From: a bacterium
GTDB taxonomy: Bacteria > Verrucomicrobiota > Kiritimatiellia > UBA8416
Assembly: GCA_020048935.1 (NCBI GenBank)
Contig: JAIFLS010000012.1
Location: 1 to 45,559 of the forward strand
Direction: 5' to 3'
DNA length: 45,559 nucleotides
This document shows, in pieces, positions 1 to 8,569 of this stretch (position 1 is its first letter; each line of letters begins with the position of its first letter). The notes beneath the pieces are model-generated. The model was not told the DNA's origin. It did no database searches and saw only the letters and a list, made by a program, of their open reading frames with translations. The position numbers were made by a program, and so were the translations under genes.

Positions 1-2
1 GC

Positions 3-866
3 GTGGACGAGGGCAACCGGATCGCCAAGGAGACCGCTGCGGCCCTGGCGGAGATTGTCGGCGGGATTGTGAAGGTCGGTGATCTGGTCGGAGAAATGGC
101 GGCGGCCTCGAACGAGCAGGCGCAGGGCATCGCGCAGATCAGTCAGGGGCTGGGGCAAATTGATCAGGTCACGCAGCAGAACACGGCGACGGCCGAGGAG
201 ACGGCGGCGGCAGCGGAAGAGCTTTCGGGTCAGGCCGAGGAGTTGCGCGGGCTGGTTGGGCAGTTCAAGCTGAAAGGGCAGACCGCAGACCACAGACCGA
301 AGACTGAAGACCACAGACCGAAGACTGATGGCCAAGGACGGAAGACTGAAGGCGGCAGGCCAGCAAAGGCGATTACTGCTGGTGGTGGGTGGGATTCGAT
401 GCAGAAGCCTGCTTCCAGTTCGGTATCGGATGATGTGCGTACTTCCCAGCAGGGAGGAAATGATGATTCACGGGGTGAAGTGCTGAAGTGGACGACGGCC
501 TTGTCAGTTAGCAATCGAAAACTGGATGATCAGCACAAGAATCTTGTTCGGCTCGTGAACGACATGTACGTGGCGATGCGTGGCGGCAAAGCCAATAGTG
601 TGGTGTCTTCGATTTTGGACGAGCTCGTGCAATACACCGTAACGCATTTTGCGGAAGAAGAGGCGATGATGAAGCTTTACAAGTATCCCGGATTGGAGGC
701 GCAGTGTGCGATGCATCATGAATTGGTGCGTCAGGTTGGAGAGATTCGGGAGCAATTCAATAGCGGCATGCCTGTGGGCACCAAGATGTTCAATTTCCTG
801 AAAGGCTGGCTGGTCAACCATATTCAAGCCGAGGATAAGAAATACAGCACCTATATGCCCGCATGA
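3..866 (+). CDS. Methyl-accepting chemotaxis protein, C-terminal part (5' end outside window), fused to a C-terminal bacteriohemerythrin domain (DcrH-like)
   Basis: The first ~95 aa are an MCP signalling hairpin (ASNEQAQGIAQISQGLGQIDQVTQQNTATAEETAAAAEELSGQAEEL). The last ~130 aa (nt ~477-863) carry the hemerythrin iron-ligand pattern DDQHK / THFAEEE / AMHHEL / VNHIQAEDKKY. The ORF is open to the window edge. Confidence 0.85.
   Translation: MDEGNRIAKETAAALAEIVGGIVKVGDLVGEMAAASNEQAQGIAQISQGLGQIDQVTQQNTATAEETAAAAEELSGQAEELRGLVGQFKLKGQTADHRPKTEDHRPKTDGQGRKTEGGRPAKAITAGGGWDSMQKPASSSVSDDVRTSQQGGNDDSRGEVLKWTTALSVSNRKLDDQHKNLVRLVNDMYVAMRGGKANSVVSSILDELVQYTVTHFAEEEAMMKLYKYPGLEAQCAMHHELVRQVGEIREQFNSGMPVGTKMFNFLKGWLVNHIQAEDKKYSTYMPA
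288..350 (+). repeat. In-frame 21-bp tandem repeat x3 (DHRPKTE / DHRPKTD / GQGRKTE) in the linker between the MCP and hemerythrin domains
   Basis: gaccacagaccgaagactgaa (288-308) and gaccacagaccgaagactgat (309-329) match at 20/21. A third unit at 330-350 matches at 17/21. Position 288 is a codon start in the ORF frame. Confidence 0.9.
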
Positions 867-914
867 CACGCTTGAGGGCAATGGAATTTGGTGATATTGG
901 TACCATTGGAGGTT

Positions 915-1304
915 ATGATGAGCAGGGTTCTGATTGCGGATGACGATGTCACATCTCGCAAAATGCTCGGTATGATGATCGTTGCCTTGGGGCATACCCC
1001 CATTTTCAGCCCTGATGGACAGCACGCCTTGGAGTCCCTGCAGAGTGATGAAAGCATTGAACTTCTGATTACCGATGTCATGATGCCGCGATTGGATGGC
1101 AGAGGACTGATCCGTAAGTTGCGAGCAACCCAGGAGCATCGGTGTTTGCCAGTGATTGTCGTGTCGTCGGTCGTTGGCCCCAAAGATATTGCGGATCTAT
1201 TGAAACTGGGGGCTTCCCGGTTTCAGCCGAAACCGATCGATCTTCGTGAACTGACTGAGAATATCGAGGCGGTAATGGGGGGGCGGGGGGCCGAGCAGGA
1301 CTGA
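915..1304 (+). CDS. Single-domain response regulator (receiver only)
   Basis: VLIADDD ... LITDVMMPRLDG ... VVSS ... FQPKP give the acidic pocket, phospho-Asp, Ser/Thr and Lys of a REC domain. GGAGG lies at 908-912, so ATG 915 or 918 is preferred over the track start at 888. Confidence 0.85.
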   Translation: MMSRVLIADDDVTSRKMLGMMIVALGHTPIFSPDGQHALESLQSDESIELLITDVMMPRLDGRGLIRKLRATQEHRCLPVIVVSSVVGPKDIADLLKLGASRFQPKPIDLRELTENIEAVMGGRGAEQD

Positions 1305-1345
1305 TTTTCAGTTTAATCGTATTTGTCAATGATGGGCGGAGCACA

Positions 1346-3730
1346 ATGAGTACAACCGATGATATTGAGTTGATTGAATCCTTTGTGGTGGAATCTCTGG
1401 ATATGCTTGATGAGGTCGAGCCGATCTTTGTCGAACTGGACGGTTCGACGGCGCTCGAATTGAATGCCGAGGCGATTGGCGCGGCATTTCGTTTGTATCA
1501 TTCAATCAAGGGGGCGTCGTCGTTTCTTGGCTTTGCGAACGTAACGGGTATTACGCATACGGCCGAGACGCTGCTTGGCATGTTGCGCAGTGGTACGATC
1601 TCGATCAGTAGTGAGTTTGTTGCCGCCCAGTTGGAGACCATTGATGTTTTGCGGTCGATCTTTCTCCAGATTCAGGAGACGCGCCGTGATGACGGCTTTG
1701 AGTCCCAGCGAGATTCGATTGTCGAGCATTTGCAAGCGGTAATGGATGGCAAGCCAGTGGCCGTCGAGCCTCCTCCCCCCGAGCCGGCGCTAGAGGTCCC
1801 TATGCAAGGTGGGGTTGTCGGGGAAACGCAGGGCAATGCGCTAGCGAACACTAACGAAGTGGACGAAATCCCAGAGTTTGTTATCAGCGGTGAGATGCGA
1901 AACCGGTTTTGCCAGGATTCAGCGGAAGTACTGGATGAAGCCGAGCAGGCTCTGCTGTCGCTCGAGAAGGCTACGGGAGATGCGCGCATGGCGCTGGTGG
2001 CCGAGGCGTTTCGGCATTTGCATAGTTTCAAGGGAAATTGTGGTTTTATGCAGCTCGGTGATCTTGAGAGGCTCAGTCACAAGATGGAGACGGTGCTGGG
2101 GACGATGCGGGATGGAGGGATTGAGCCGAATGACAGTAATATCAGCATTCTGCTGAAGACGCTTGACCTGCTCAAGGGTTCACTTGCAAAAGTTGCAGGG
2201 GGTGGCGATGGTGCCATCATCAGTTGCCGGGGCATGCTGCAGTTTATCGATGAGATGGTCCTGAATACGCGGGCTGTCGAGACCGTTGGCAAGCGGCCTG
2301 TGGAGGCGCCGATGGATGTCGTGCCCAAGATCGAGGTTGCCGTTCCCGCCCCTGTTGTTGATCCTCCAGTGGTTGCCAGGGCCGTTCCTACTCCTGTAGT
2401 TCCCCCGTCAGTGGTTGCCAAGGTTGAGTCGATCAAGAAAAGTGCTCCTGCAGGCGACGTTTTGCCACCCGCTGAAGCCGATGATCCTGCCTTGGCGGCG
2501 AAGTCAACGGAAGCTCGCGGTTCCGCCGCGTCGCCGGTGGCTTCGCAAGGGAGCATCCGGGTGGATGTGGATAAACTGGATTTGCTGATTAACCTGGTTG
2601 GTGAGTTGATTATTGCCGAGGCCATGGTGCTACGTAATCCGACCCTGCTGGGGATCGAGGATGAGTCTCTGGAGCGAGGCATTCATCAGTTGCGCCGGGT
2701 TTCGGCCGACTTGCAGGACGTGGCGATGTCGGTGCGTATGATCCCGCTGGCTTCCACGTTCCGGCGGATGATCCGCCTGGTGCATGATACGGCCAAGAAG
2801 AGCGGCAAGCAGGTTGCGTTGTCGTTGATGGGGGAAGACACCGAAGTGGATAAGAATGTCATCGAGCAGATCGGGGATCCGCTGGTGCATATTATCCGCA
2901 ATTCTGTTGATCATGGCATTGAACCGCCTGAAGAACGAATCAAGGCTGGCAAGAACCCGGAAGGAAGCGTGGTGGTTGAGGCACGTCATGAGGGTGGTGC
3001 CGTCTGGATTATCATTCGCGACGACGGACGAGGCTTGAATCGCGCCAAGATCCAGCAGAAGGCGATGCAGAAGGGCTTGCTGAAGGGCAACCCCGAAGAT
3101 CAGACGGATGAGGAAATCTATTCGATGATCTTTCATGCCGGATTTTCAACAGCCGATACGGTGACGGATCTGTCCGGTCGCGGGGTGGGCATGGATGTCG
3201 TCAAAAAGAATATTGAGAAACTCAACGGCAAAGTTCGGGTCAAGAGTGTCCCCGGCAAGGGGACCGACGTTATTATGCAGATTCCCCTCACGATGGCGAT
3301 CATCGACGGGATGCTAGTCCGGGTGGGAGATGGTCAATATACGTTGCCGTTGCTGGCGATCCGCGAGTGCATTCCGCATCCAGACCTGAAACGGTTCACC
3401 GTTACGCCTGATGGTGTTGAGAGCATTCTTGTGCGCGGTGAGATGATTCCCGTCTTGCGGTTGCACCAGATGTTCAAGAAGGTGGGGGCGGTGACTGACC
3501 TTTCAAAAGGCATTCTGGTCGTTGTCCAGGCCGACAATGAGCCGGTGGCGCTGCTTGTCGATGAATTGATGGGGCAGCAGGAAACCGTGATCAAGGGGTT
3601 GTCCGGCTATCTGGGGACCGCACGCGGAATCTCGGGTTGTACCGTGATGGGAAATGGCGAAGTGAGTCTGATTATTGATGTGGCTAGTCTGATTGCGATG
3701 CAGACCGAGAGGTTGGGCGATGAAGGATAA
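1346..3730 (+). CDS. cheA: Chemotaxis histidine kinase CheA with two N-terminal HPt (P1) domains
   Basis: HPt motifs are LYHSIKGASSF (His codon 1499-1501) and HLHSFKGNCGF (His codon 2021-2023). A Pro/Val-rich linker follows, then the dimerisation segment IRVDVDKLDLLINLVGELII. The ATPase boxes are HIIRNSVDHGIE, DDGRGL and GRGVGMDVV. The C-terminus has a CheW-like P5 domain. Confidence 0.95.
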   Translation: MSTTDDIELIESFVVESLDMLDEVEPIFVELDGSTALELNAEAIGAAFRLYHSIKGASSFLGFANVTGITHTAETLLGMLRSGTISISSEFVAAQLETIDVLRSIFLQIQETRRDDGFESQRDSIVEHLQAVMDGKPVAVEPPPPEPALEVPMQGGVVGETQGNALANTNEVDEIPEFVISGEMRNRFCQDSAEVLDEAEQALLSLEKATGDARMALVAEAFRHLHSFKGNCGFMQLGDLERLSHKMETVLGTMRDGGIEPNDSNISILLKTLDLLKGSLAKVAGGGDGAIISCRGMLQFIDEMVLNTRAVETVGKRPVEAPMDVVPKIEVAVPAPVVDPPVVARAVPTPVVPPSVVAKVESIKKSAPAGDVLPPAEADDPALAAKSTEARGSAASPVASQGSIRVDVDKLDLLINLVGELIIAEAMVLRNPTLLGIEDESLERGIHQLRRVSADLQDVAMSVRMIPLASTFRRMIRLVHDTAKKSGKQVALSLMGEDTEVDKNVIEQIGDPLVHIIRNSVDHGIEPPEERIKAGKNPEGSVVVEARHEGGAVWIIIRDDGRGLNRAKIQQKAMQKGLLKGNPEDQTDEEIYSMIFHAGFSTADTVTDLSGRGVGMDVVKKNIEKLNGKVRVKSVPGKGTDVIMQIPLTMAIIDGMLVRVGDGQYTLPLLAIRECIPHPDLKRFTVTPDGVESILVRGEMIPVLRLHQMFKKVGAVTDLSKGILVVVQADNEPVALLVDELMGQQETVIKGLSGYLGTARGISGCTVMGNGEVSLIIDVASLIAMQTERLGDEG

Positions 3731-4571
3731 CCCGATGCCGGATGATTCGCGCCTGACGGAATCTGAGTTCCTGGCGATCCGTACGCTGGTGTATGACCGT
3801 TTCGGGATCAATCTGACCGATCAGAAACGGAATCTGGTGGTGGGGCGTTTGCAGAAGGTACTGCGCATCCATCACTTCTCGACGTTTGGCGAATATCTTG
3901 ATTTCCTGAATGCAGATACCTCCGGGGAGGCGCTGTCGGATCTGATCGACCGTATCTCGACGAATCACACTTTTTTCTTTCGTGAGCCCGAGCATTTCCG
4001 ATTCATGACGGCGGTGGCGCTACCCTTGCTGAGTCGTACGCTTGCGGAGCGTCATGAGCGTGACCTGCGAATCTGGAGTGCCGGATGTTCGTCGGGGGAA
4101 GAGCCCTACTCGATTGTGATGACGCTGCAGATGTTTTTCGGCCATGCCTACAAGCAGTGGACGGCGGGTGTTCTGGCCACGGATATTTCAGCGCATGTTT
4201 TGAGGCATGCGGCGCGTGGGATCTATCCGCTGGAGCGGTTGGCGAAGACACCAGCCGACATCCGGGCTCGTTACTTTGAGCCCGTGGATGCGGACACCAT
4301 ACGGGTGAAACCGGAGGTGCAGGCGGATGTGACCTTCCGGCGGTTGAACTTCATGAGTGAATCGTTCCCGTTCAAGAAGCCATTCCACATCATCTTCTGC
4401 AGGAATGTCATGATCTATTTCGATGCGCCGACCCGGGCGGCCTTGATGAAGAAATTTTATGACGTGCTGGCACCCGGGGGCTATTTGTTGATCGGGCATT
4501 CTGAATCACTCGGACGGGACAGTGTTTACTTCGATTATGTGCAACCGGCCGTTTACCAAAGGAAACCGTGA
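3720..4571 (+). CDS. cheR: Chemotaxis protein methyltransferase CheR
   Basis: Motifs TNHTFFFRE, IWSAGCSSGEEPYS, FCRNVMIYFD and GGYLLIGHSE are present. ATG 3720 overlaps the cheA stop; the track start at 3693 lies deep inside cheA. Confidence 0.93.
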   Translation: MKDNPMPDDSRLTESEFLAIRTLVYDRFGINLTDQKRNLVVGRLQKVLRIHHFSTFGEYLDFLNADTSGEALSDLIDRISTNHTFFFREPEHFRFMTAVALPLLSRTLAERHERDLRIWSAGCSSGEEPYSIVMTLQMFFGHAYKQWTAGVLATDISAHVLRHAARGIYPLERLAKTPADIRARYFEPVDADTIRVKPEVQADVTFRRLNFMSESFPFKKPFHIIFCRNVMIYFDAPTRAALMKKFYDVLAPGGYLLIGHSESLGRDSVYFDYVQPAVYQRKP

Positions 4572-5626
4572 TGCGTAAGATCAAGGTCTTGGTGGTGGAT
4601 GATATGGCGATGGTGCGCGAGATCCTGGCGCAGGGGCTTGCGATGGATCCGATGATTGAGGTGGTCGCGACAGCGGCAGACCCTTTTATTGCACGGGACC
4701 GGATTATCGAGTATAAGCCGGATGTGATGACGCTGGATGTGGAAATGCCGAAGATGGATGGCGTTGAGTTCCTGCATCGATTGATGCCGCAGTATCCGAT
4801 TCCCGTGGTGATGGTCAGTTCCTTGACAGAGCGGGGCAAGCAGATCACGCTGGATGCCTTGCAGGCGGGGGCCGTGGATTTCGTGTCGAAGCCGAAAACC
4901 GACATTGCCCGCGGGTTGAATGCGATGCTGGTTGAATTACGCACGAAGATCAAAATCGCCTCTACCGCGAATGTCTCGCATTGGAAACGCAGCCGCGAGA
5001 CGCTGGCAATCACCCCGCGGCCGCTCAGGGTCGGCACAGCAGCATTGTCCGAGTCTACCGACAAGATCATTGCGATTGGTGCCTCCACGGGAGGGACGGA
5101 GGCCATCCGTCAAGTGATTACTCGTTTTCCGGCTGTGACGCCCGGTGTGGTGATTGTGCAGCATATGCCGGCGGGGTTCACGAAAATGTTTTCAGAGCGG
5201 CTTAATACGCTATGCGCAATGGAGGTCAAGGAGGCCGAACATGATGACCGCGTCCTGCAGGGGCGGATACTCGTGGCCCCGGGGGGAATGCACATGTCGC
5301 TGGTCCGTTCGGGCGGTGTATACCGGGTGTGCGTGCAGCCGGGGGATACGGTAAATGGTCATTGCCCCTCGGTGGAGGTGCTAATGCGGTCAGTGGCGCA
5401 GTATGCGGGTGCGAATGCCGTGGGGGTGATGTTGACCGGCATGGGAGGGGACGGTGCGGACGGCATGAAGGCGATGCGGGAAGCAGGGGCGCGCACCTTT
5501 GCGCAGGATGAAGCCTCCTGCGTGGTCTTCGGTATGCCGAAGGTGGCATGGGAGCGTGGTGGTGTTGAACGGTTGGTGCCTCTCGTTAACATGGCGGATG
5601 CGGTGCTAGACGTATTTGGTGGTTAA
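4571..5626 (+). CDS. cheB: Protein-glutamate methylesterase/glutaminase CheB (REC + methylesterase)
   Basis: The REC part reads KVLVVDDMAMVRE ... MTLDVEMPKMDG. The esterase part reads [21 protein letters not shown] and GMGGDG. The start is ATG 4571 (TGATG overlap with the cheR stop) or GTG 4568. Confidence 0.95.
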   Translation: MRKIKVLVVDDMAMVREILAQGLAMDPMIEVVATAADPFIARDRIIEYKPDVMTLDVEMPKMDGVEFLHRLMPQYPIPVVMVSSLTERGKQITLDALQAGAVDFVSKPKTDIARGLNAMLVELRTKIKIASTANVSHWKRSRETLAITPRPLRVGTAALSESTDKIIAIGASTGGTEAIRQVITRFPAVTPGVVIVQHMPAGFTKMFSERLNTLCAMEVKEAEHDDRVLQGRILVAPGGMHMSLVRSGGVYRVCVQPGDTVNGHCPSVEVLMRSVAQYAGANAVGVMLTGMGGDGADGMKAMREAGARTFAQDEASCVVFGMPKVAWERGGVERLVPLVNMADAVLDVFGG

Positions 5627-5628
5627 TC

Positions 5629-6117
5629 ATGGCGACAATACTCATCGGAATAGGTGGAGTTGGCGCGTCGTGTACCCCCGGCGATATTCTCAAGACAATG
5701 GCGCTGGGTTCATGCGTGGCCGTGGTTCTTCTCGTTCCACAGACGCGGTGCGTGGGCATGGTGCACGTGGCGCTGCCGGATTCTGCGCTGGATGAAAAGA
5801 AGAAGCTGCTGGTGCCGGGGCATTTTGCCGATACGGGCGTTCCTGCATTATATGACGAAGTCTGTCGTGTTGGCGGGCGGGTGGCGATGCGGGATGTGTA
5901 TGTCAAGATCGCGGGGGGGGCCAACGTGCTGGGGGCGGCGTCGATGTTTGATATCGGGCGACGCAATGTACTGGCGGTGAAGAAAGCCCTTTGGATGATG
6001 GGCTCCGGGCCGATGGCCGAGCATGTTGAGGGCAATATCAGCCGCACGGTGACGATCAGTATCGATGCGGGAACGGTTGAACTCTCTTCGCCGTCGAAAG
6101 GAGTCTGGATATTATGA
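5629..6117 (+). CDS. cheD: Chemoreceptor glutamine deamidase CheD
   Basis: ALGSCVAVVLL ... GMVHVALP give the Cys/His catalytic context. The size is ~160 aa and the position is directly after cheB. Confidence 0.85.
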   Translation: MATILIGIGGVGASCTPGDILKTMALGSCVAVVLLVPQTRCVGMVHVALPDSALDEKKKLLVPGHFADTGVPALYDEVCRVGGRVAMRDVYVKIAGGANVLGAASMFDIGRRNVLAVKKALWMMGSGPMAEHVEGNISRTVTISIDAGTVELSSPSKGVWIL

Positions 6118-6962
6118 ATCTTGAGCTTAAGGATGCGGTCAAGGCGATCAAGCCGTTGTCCCCGGCGCTGGTCACGTTGCTAGGCGTCACTGCTTCTGCG
6201 GAGCATTCGCTCAATGATGTGTTGAAGGTGATTCAATTCGATTCCGTCCTAACCGCGAAGCTCTTGCAGGCTGCCAATTCTGCGGCGTTTCGGCGTTCAC
6301 AGGAAGTGGAGTCGGTGAGTATGGCTGTCACGCTTCTGGGCGAGCGGTTTGTGGTCGGAATGGCAATGGATTTGTGTTCGGATGGTTTTTTCGAACAACC
6401 GTTGGCTGGGTACGAGAGTGCCGCTGGCGATTTGTGGCGGCACAGTATCAAGACGGCGTTGGCCGCGCGACTGGTCTGCCGGTATGCGCGTGTGCCGGTT
6501 GACAGCAATCAGGCGTTCACGGGGGGGATCCTGCATGATATTGGCAAAGTGGTGCTGTCGACGTTTCTCGAGGGAGCGGCGAGGGGGATGGCGTTAGCCG
6601 CGTTGGAAGGGCATTTTAGCTATCTTGAAGCGGAGCGCGAGAAGTTGGGTGGGGATCATTGTGAAGCGGGGGACGCTCTGGCGGTGCAGTGGCGGTTACC
6701 GGCTTGTTACCGTGCTGTCATTGCCTGGCATCACTCGCCGGATGGGGCCCCGGAGGCGCTGGTTCCTCTGGTGTATGCCGTTCATCTCGGTGATGCCTTG
6801 GCCATGATGAGTGGTGCCGGGACCGGATCCGACAGTTTGCTGTATCCCTTGAATCCTCGGCATCAGGATTTTTTTGATCTGAGTTCGGAGAGCGTTCAGC
6901 GAGTGTTGCTGGATTTGGAGAATGAATTTGCCATGATAACTGATTCGATGGCGTCAACGTAG
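6114..6962 (+). CDS. HDOD-domain protein (paralogue 1 of 4)
   Basis: Motifs are VIQFDSVLTAKLLQAANSAAF, VESVSMAVTLLG, LWRHSIKTA and GGILHDIGKVVL. An ATGA overlap links it to the cheD stop. Confidence 0.85.
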   Translation: MNLELKDAVKAIKPLSPALVTLLGVTASAEHSLNDVLKVIQFDSVLTAKLLQAANSAAFRRSQEVESVSMAVTLLGERFVVGMAMDLCSDGFFEQPLAGYESAAGDLWRHSIKTALAARLVCRYARVPVDSNQAFTGGILHDIGKVVLSTFLEGAARGMALAALEGHFSYLEAEREKLGGDHCEAGDALAVQWRLPACYRAVIAWHHSPDGAPEALVPLVYAVHLGDALAMMSGAGTGSDSLLYPLNPRHQDFFDLSSESVQRVLLDLENEFAMITDSMAST

Positions 6963-6980
6963 GGAATGGGAGGGAAGACC

Positions 6981-7379
6981 ATGAAGAAAGTTCTGATTGT
7001 GGATGATTCGGCGACGGCCCGGATGTTTGTCCAGCGCTGTCTTGAAATTTCCCGGGCGTTTGAAGGTGCTGTATATATCGAGGCCTCGACCGGAGCGGAG
7101 GCGATGCAGCAGTTACAACAACATCAGGGTCAAATCGACGTGGTGTTTACCGATCTGGTTATGCCTGAGATGGATGGAGAATCGCTGGCTCGTCATATCA
7201 TAGCCAGTCCGCGGTATCACGACATTCCGATCGTGTGCATTACCAGCGCGGGGAATGAGGCCAAGGAGAAACAGTTGCTGGCTATTGGGGTTCGGGCGGT
7301 TGTAAAAAAGCCTGTTTCGCCGGCCAAACTGGCAGAGGTGCTGCACGCTTTGCGCCACTCTGAAAGCGAGTCTGTATAA
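6981..7379 (+). CDS. CheY-like single-domain response regulator
   Basis: KVLIVDDSATARM ... VFTDLVMPEMDG ... CITSAG ... VKKPV are receiver motifs. GGGAGGG lies 5-6 nt upstream of ATG 6981; the track start is 6966. Confidence 0.85.
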   Translation: MKKVLIVDDSATARMFVQRCLEISRAFEGAVYIEASTGAEAMQQLQQHQGQIDVVFTDLVMPEMDGESLARHIIASPRYHDIPIVCITSAGNEAKEKQLLAIGVRAVVKKPVSPAKLAEVLHALRHSESESV

Positions 7380-7396
7380 ACGGTAACGAGGTCAAA

Positions 7397-7906
7397 ATGT
7401 GGGATGATCTAAAGAAGACTAAGCCGCTGCCGCCGGAGGCGGTTCATGCCGAGGCTGGACGAAGCGAGAAAATTGCCGTTCTGGCGAAGGTCCGTGCGTC
7501 CCTGCGTCAATCGCTTGAGGATATGTTGTTCCTGCCGGTGGCTGAAGAGGGCATGTTCATGGCGGAACTCCCCGTTCTTAGCCCAATTGCAGGCACGGTA
7601 TCCATCCTGATGACCGAACCCCAGGCACGCGCCATGGCGCTAGGTTGTTATGCCGTTCAGCCGTCTGATCTGACGAGAGATATGGTGCAGGATATGGTGG
7701 CTGAACTGGTAAATACCGTTGCTGGCAATCTGGTCGCGTCGTTACTAAGGTCTGATCAGTTGTTCTCGCTGGGGCTTCCCAGTGTAACGATCTGCAATCA
7801 CATCCGGCATGATCATCCGCAGGCAACGTTCTATATTCGGTTGGGCAACGACGTCTTTCAACTTGTAATCGCGGGAGATGATCTGCTTGGATGCATTTTT
7901 GGCTAG
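7397..7906 (+). CDS. cheX: CheX-type CheY-P phosphatase (paralogue 1 of 3)
   Basis: The CheC/CheX/FliY active-site motif D-x3-E-x2-N is present as DMVAELVN. The conserved Pro lies 22 residues after the Asn (LGLP). The size is ~165 aa and the gene is adjacent to a CheY-like gene. Confidence 0.65.
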   Translation: MWDDLKKTKPLPPEAVHAEAGRSEKIAVLAKVRASLRQSLEDMLFLPVAEEGMFMAELPVLSPIAGTVSILMTEPQARAMALGCYAVQPSDLTRDMVQDMVAELVNTVAGNLVASLLRSDQLFSLGLPSVTICNHIRHDHPQATFYIRLGNDVFQLVIAGDDLLGCIFG

Positions 7907-7916
7907 AGGTCTAGCC
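7901..7916. terminator. Short GC hairpin (GGCTAG-aggt-CTAGCC) containing both convergent stop codons
   Basis: The 6-bp stem spans the TAG of cheX (7904-7906) and the TAG of the minus-strand J-domain gene (7911-7913). A T5 run lies upstream on the + strand only, so this is not a canonical intrinsic terminator. Confidence 0.25.
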
Positions 7917-8453
7917 GGCGGTCATGGATTGGGATAGGAAATCGTAAGCTTCGTTGATCAGGGACATTTTCCGGTTATCGCCACCGGCATCGGGATGGAA
8001 CTTGCGCGCCAGGATGCGTCGACGCCGTGCCAGTGATTGCGGATCAATCTGTTCATCCAGGTTGAAGAGGTTGCGGAAGGCGGTGGTCTTGTCTGCATGA
8101 CTATGGCGTTCGATGTCTTCAAAGAAGTCGTGTGTCAAGCTGTCAAGCTGCCGTTCGAAGCGCCGGGCTTCGATTTCCTCGCGCAGTTCACGGCTGGTGG
8201 TGTAGCGAGCAATGAAAAAGAGAACGGCCCGCTTGTCGAACTGGGTAAAGCGTCCCAGCGCCTCAAAGGGTTTGGCCTCGTTGTCGCGGCGGAACCAGAG
8301 TACGCAGCGGCCATCAATCCAGGGGTGCAGCGTGACCTTGAACCGGTACTCATCGACCGTGATCTCAGAGAGCACTTCGGCGAAGTCCAAATCCAGCAGT
8401 AGAGCCTCGTTTTGTCCACATATTGTGTTCGTCTTTATCATCGACCGCATCAT
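7911..8453 (-). CDS. Hypothetical protein with a C-terminal J-domain core (HPD motif)
   Basis: The C-terminus RRRILARKFHPDAGGDNRKMSLINEAYDFL corresponds to J-domain helix II, HPD and helix III. I do not recognise the N-terminal ~130 aa. No clear Shine-Dalgarno sequence is present, so the start is uncertain (8453, 8450 or 8441). Confidence 0.6.
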   Translation of the reverse strand: MMRSMIKTNTICGQNEALLLDLDFAEVLSEITVDEYRFKVTLHPWIDGRCVLWFRRDNEAKPFEALGRFTQFDKRAVLFFIARYTTSRELREEIEARRFERQLDSLTHDFFEDIERHSHADKTTAFRNLFNLDEQIDPQSLARRRRILARKFHPDAGGDNRKMSLINEAYDFLSQSMTAG

Positions 8454-8569
8454 ATAGTTGATGATGGTAGCGAGTCAATCCGCAATTGATTTTTGTTGTC
8501 ATGTGGACCTGTCTTGGCTACTTTTCAGTGTGGTATATTCATTAGTTACTTAAACCGGAGGCGGCAAGC

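Noticed and set aside
288-350. A short tandem repeat that might be mistaken for a CRISPR array or other repeat array.
   Set aside because: The units are directly adjacent with no spacers. They are in frame inside the MCP-hemerythrin ORF and encode a heptad peptide repeat.
5913-5920. The numerous 7-8 nt G/C homopolymers (also at 1277-1283, 20843-20849, 29074-29081, 38562-38569, 39892-39899 and 41683-41689) as phase-variation sites.
   Set aside because: They are frequent and scattered through essential genes (cheD, flhA, flhF, flhG), encoding Gly/Pro. This is consistent with codon bias rather than contingency loci. Only the two runs of 10 nt or more at kinase domain junctions were kept as findings.
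8497-8539. A sigma-70-like promoter for the double-kinase gene (TGTCTT-N18-TATATT with an upstream TG).
   Set aside because: The -35 match is poor and the spacing is suboptimal. The element is plausible but not supportable from sequence alone, so it is not listed as a feature.
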